A stretch of 48,356 nucleotides of DNA, filler included, from Sphacelaria rigidula (lineage: Eukaryota), in assembly GCA_964200075.2 (NCBI GenBank). It is 3 parts of 3 records of this genome, joined end to end, with 100 filler letters (N's around TTAATTAATTAA, not from the genome) between each part and the next. Parts side by side here need not be neighbours in the genome. Positions count along the whole stretch, not along the records: positions 32,306 to 48,356 come from CAXNAA020001503.1; 2 more parts are not named here. One strand, given 5' to 3'. Below the pieces are notes generated by a model. That model worked only from the letters and a program-made list of their open reading frames with translations. It did not search any database and was not told the origin of the DNA. Each line of letters starts with the position of its first letter. The stretch's first letter is position 1. Below are positions 47,317-48,356 of the stretch, piece after piece. A program made the translations under genes and the position numbers.

Positions 47317-48356
47317 TGTTTAACTGGGGTATACCATACTGTATGCGGCTGTCCAGAGCATCCGTGTACTGGTGTGGAGCGAAAATTGAACTGTTTCAAA
47401 CTCTAGCCGACTCGTTTCATCTGCGGCATGGATGGATTTCAGCAAGTCCTTTTGGTCTTGGGAGCTTGTGCTCTTTAGATGGTGAAAACGCCCCCCGCGT
47501 CTCTGCCGGTGGCGTCACGCGATGCTGTGTTGTCCGCTGCCGCATATACAGCACGTGCGGAACCACCCTGTGAAATCGGGATATTTGGCCACCATCCACC
47601 GCTTCTCGCGAAGGCGTCCAGACACTGTGAAGAAAAAAGAATCCTGGGCGTAACACTGAAGTAGAGTATTGATATACACACGCTGGATAATGTCCCCGAA
47701 CGTAGGGAGTGCATGAATCCGCGTTCATTATCCCCCTCGCCCCCCCCCCCCCCCCCATCACCCCACGTCCGGTAAAGCCCCGGGGTCCTCGTTCCGGCGG
47801 TTGGGGGGGCGGACCCCCCCGGGGNNNNNNNNNNTTTCTAATACCCCCCCCGGGAAAGGGCCCCCACCGCAGGGAGGGCATGAATCCGGGTTTCTTTCCC
47901 CCCCCCCCCCCCCCCCCCCCCCGATCAGCCTGGTCCGGTGAAAGCCCGGCGTGCTCCGTCCCGGCTTTGGAGGGGCGGACCCACAATGGGGCTGGCGTCG
48001 GTTGGCGATGACGCTGTAAAACACGCCACTCACCGCGTAAGCTAGGCAACGAGGTGACCGATTTATTTTTGCGTGCTTGCCTTTGTTTTACGGTGGACGT
48101 GATTGTGGTCGAGCTGGATCATATTGTACGGGATGAGAGAACCTCAACTCCGCCCAAAGGAGATGATCGTACCACGTGGTGTTTGAATGGTGTGACACCC
48201 ATGAGGCAGTGTAAAAGCCGTGATCTCTGGAAGTGTGGATACCAAAATATAACTCATCGGAGGCTGTCATCCAAATACAAGATAAACAGTACGCTTCGGG
48301 CCGAAAAATCTTTGCAGGATGCAGGTAACCATTCATGCGACTCGCCGAACACACCA

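Overview
This is eukaryotic, intron-rich, repeat-dense DNA. A brown alga or related stramenopile is my inference from gene architecture and repeat style, and it is not proven. Two spliced genes can be rebuilt from GT-AG junctions with consistent phase. One is a 5'-partial + strand gene (8 exons, 206-10658) for a single-pass membrane protein with PT-repeat stalk and Ser-rich tail. The other is a 5'-partial - strand gene (6 exons, 26897-32055) for a TKL-like kinase domain whose catalytic loop reads HRNLHSHN, a probable pseudokinase. The rest is mostly nested mobile DNA: two head-to-head Ty3/gypsy relics that share the same RT-core deletion, a 2.7-kb Mutator-like element with ~700-bp TIRs carrying two MITEs, a degenerate LINE whose tail-less 3' end recurs in G/C tracts, an RTE-like fragment, several MITE families, and a frameshifted Academ-like transposase relic (~42.5-46.8 kb). 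I found no prokaryote-type system, rRNA, tRNA or CRISPR array. I cannot demonstrate a new biological system. The best leads are the G-tract-associated LINE, the Academ-like element, the pseudokinase and the RT-less gypsy pair.
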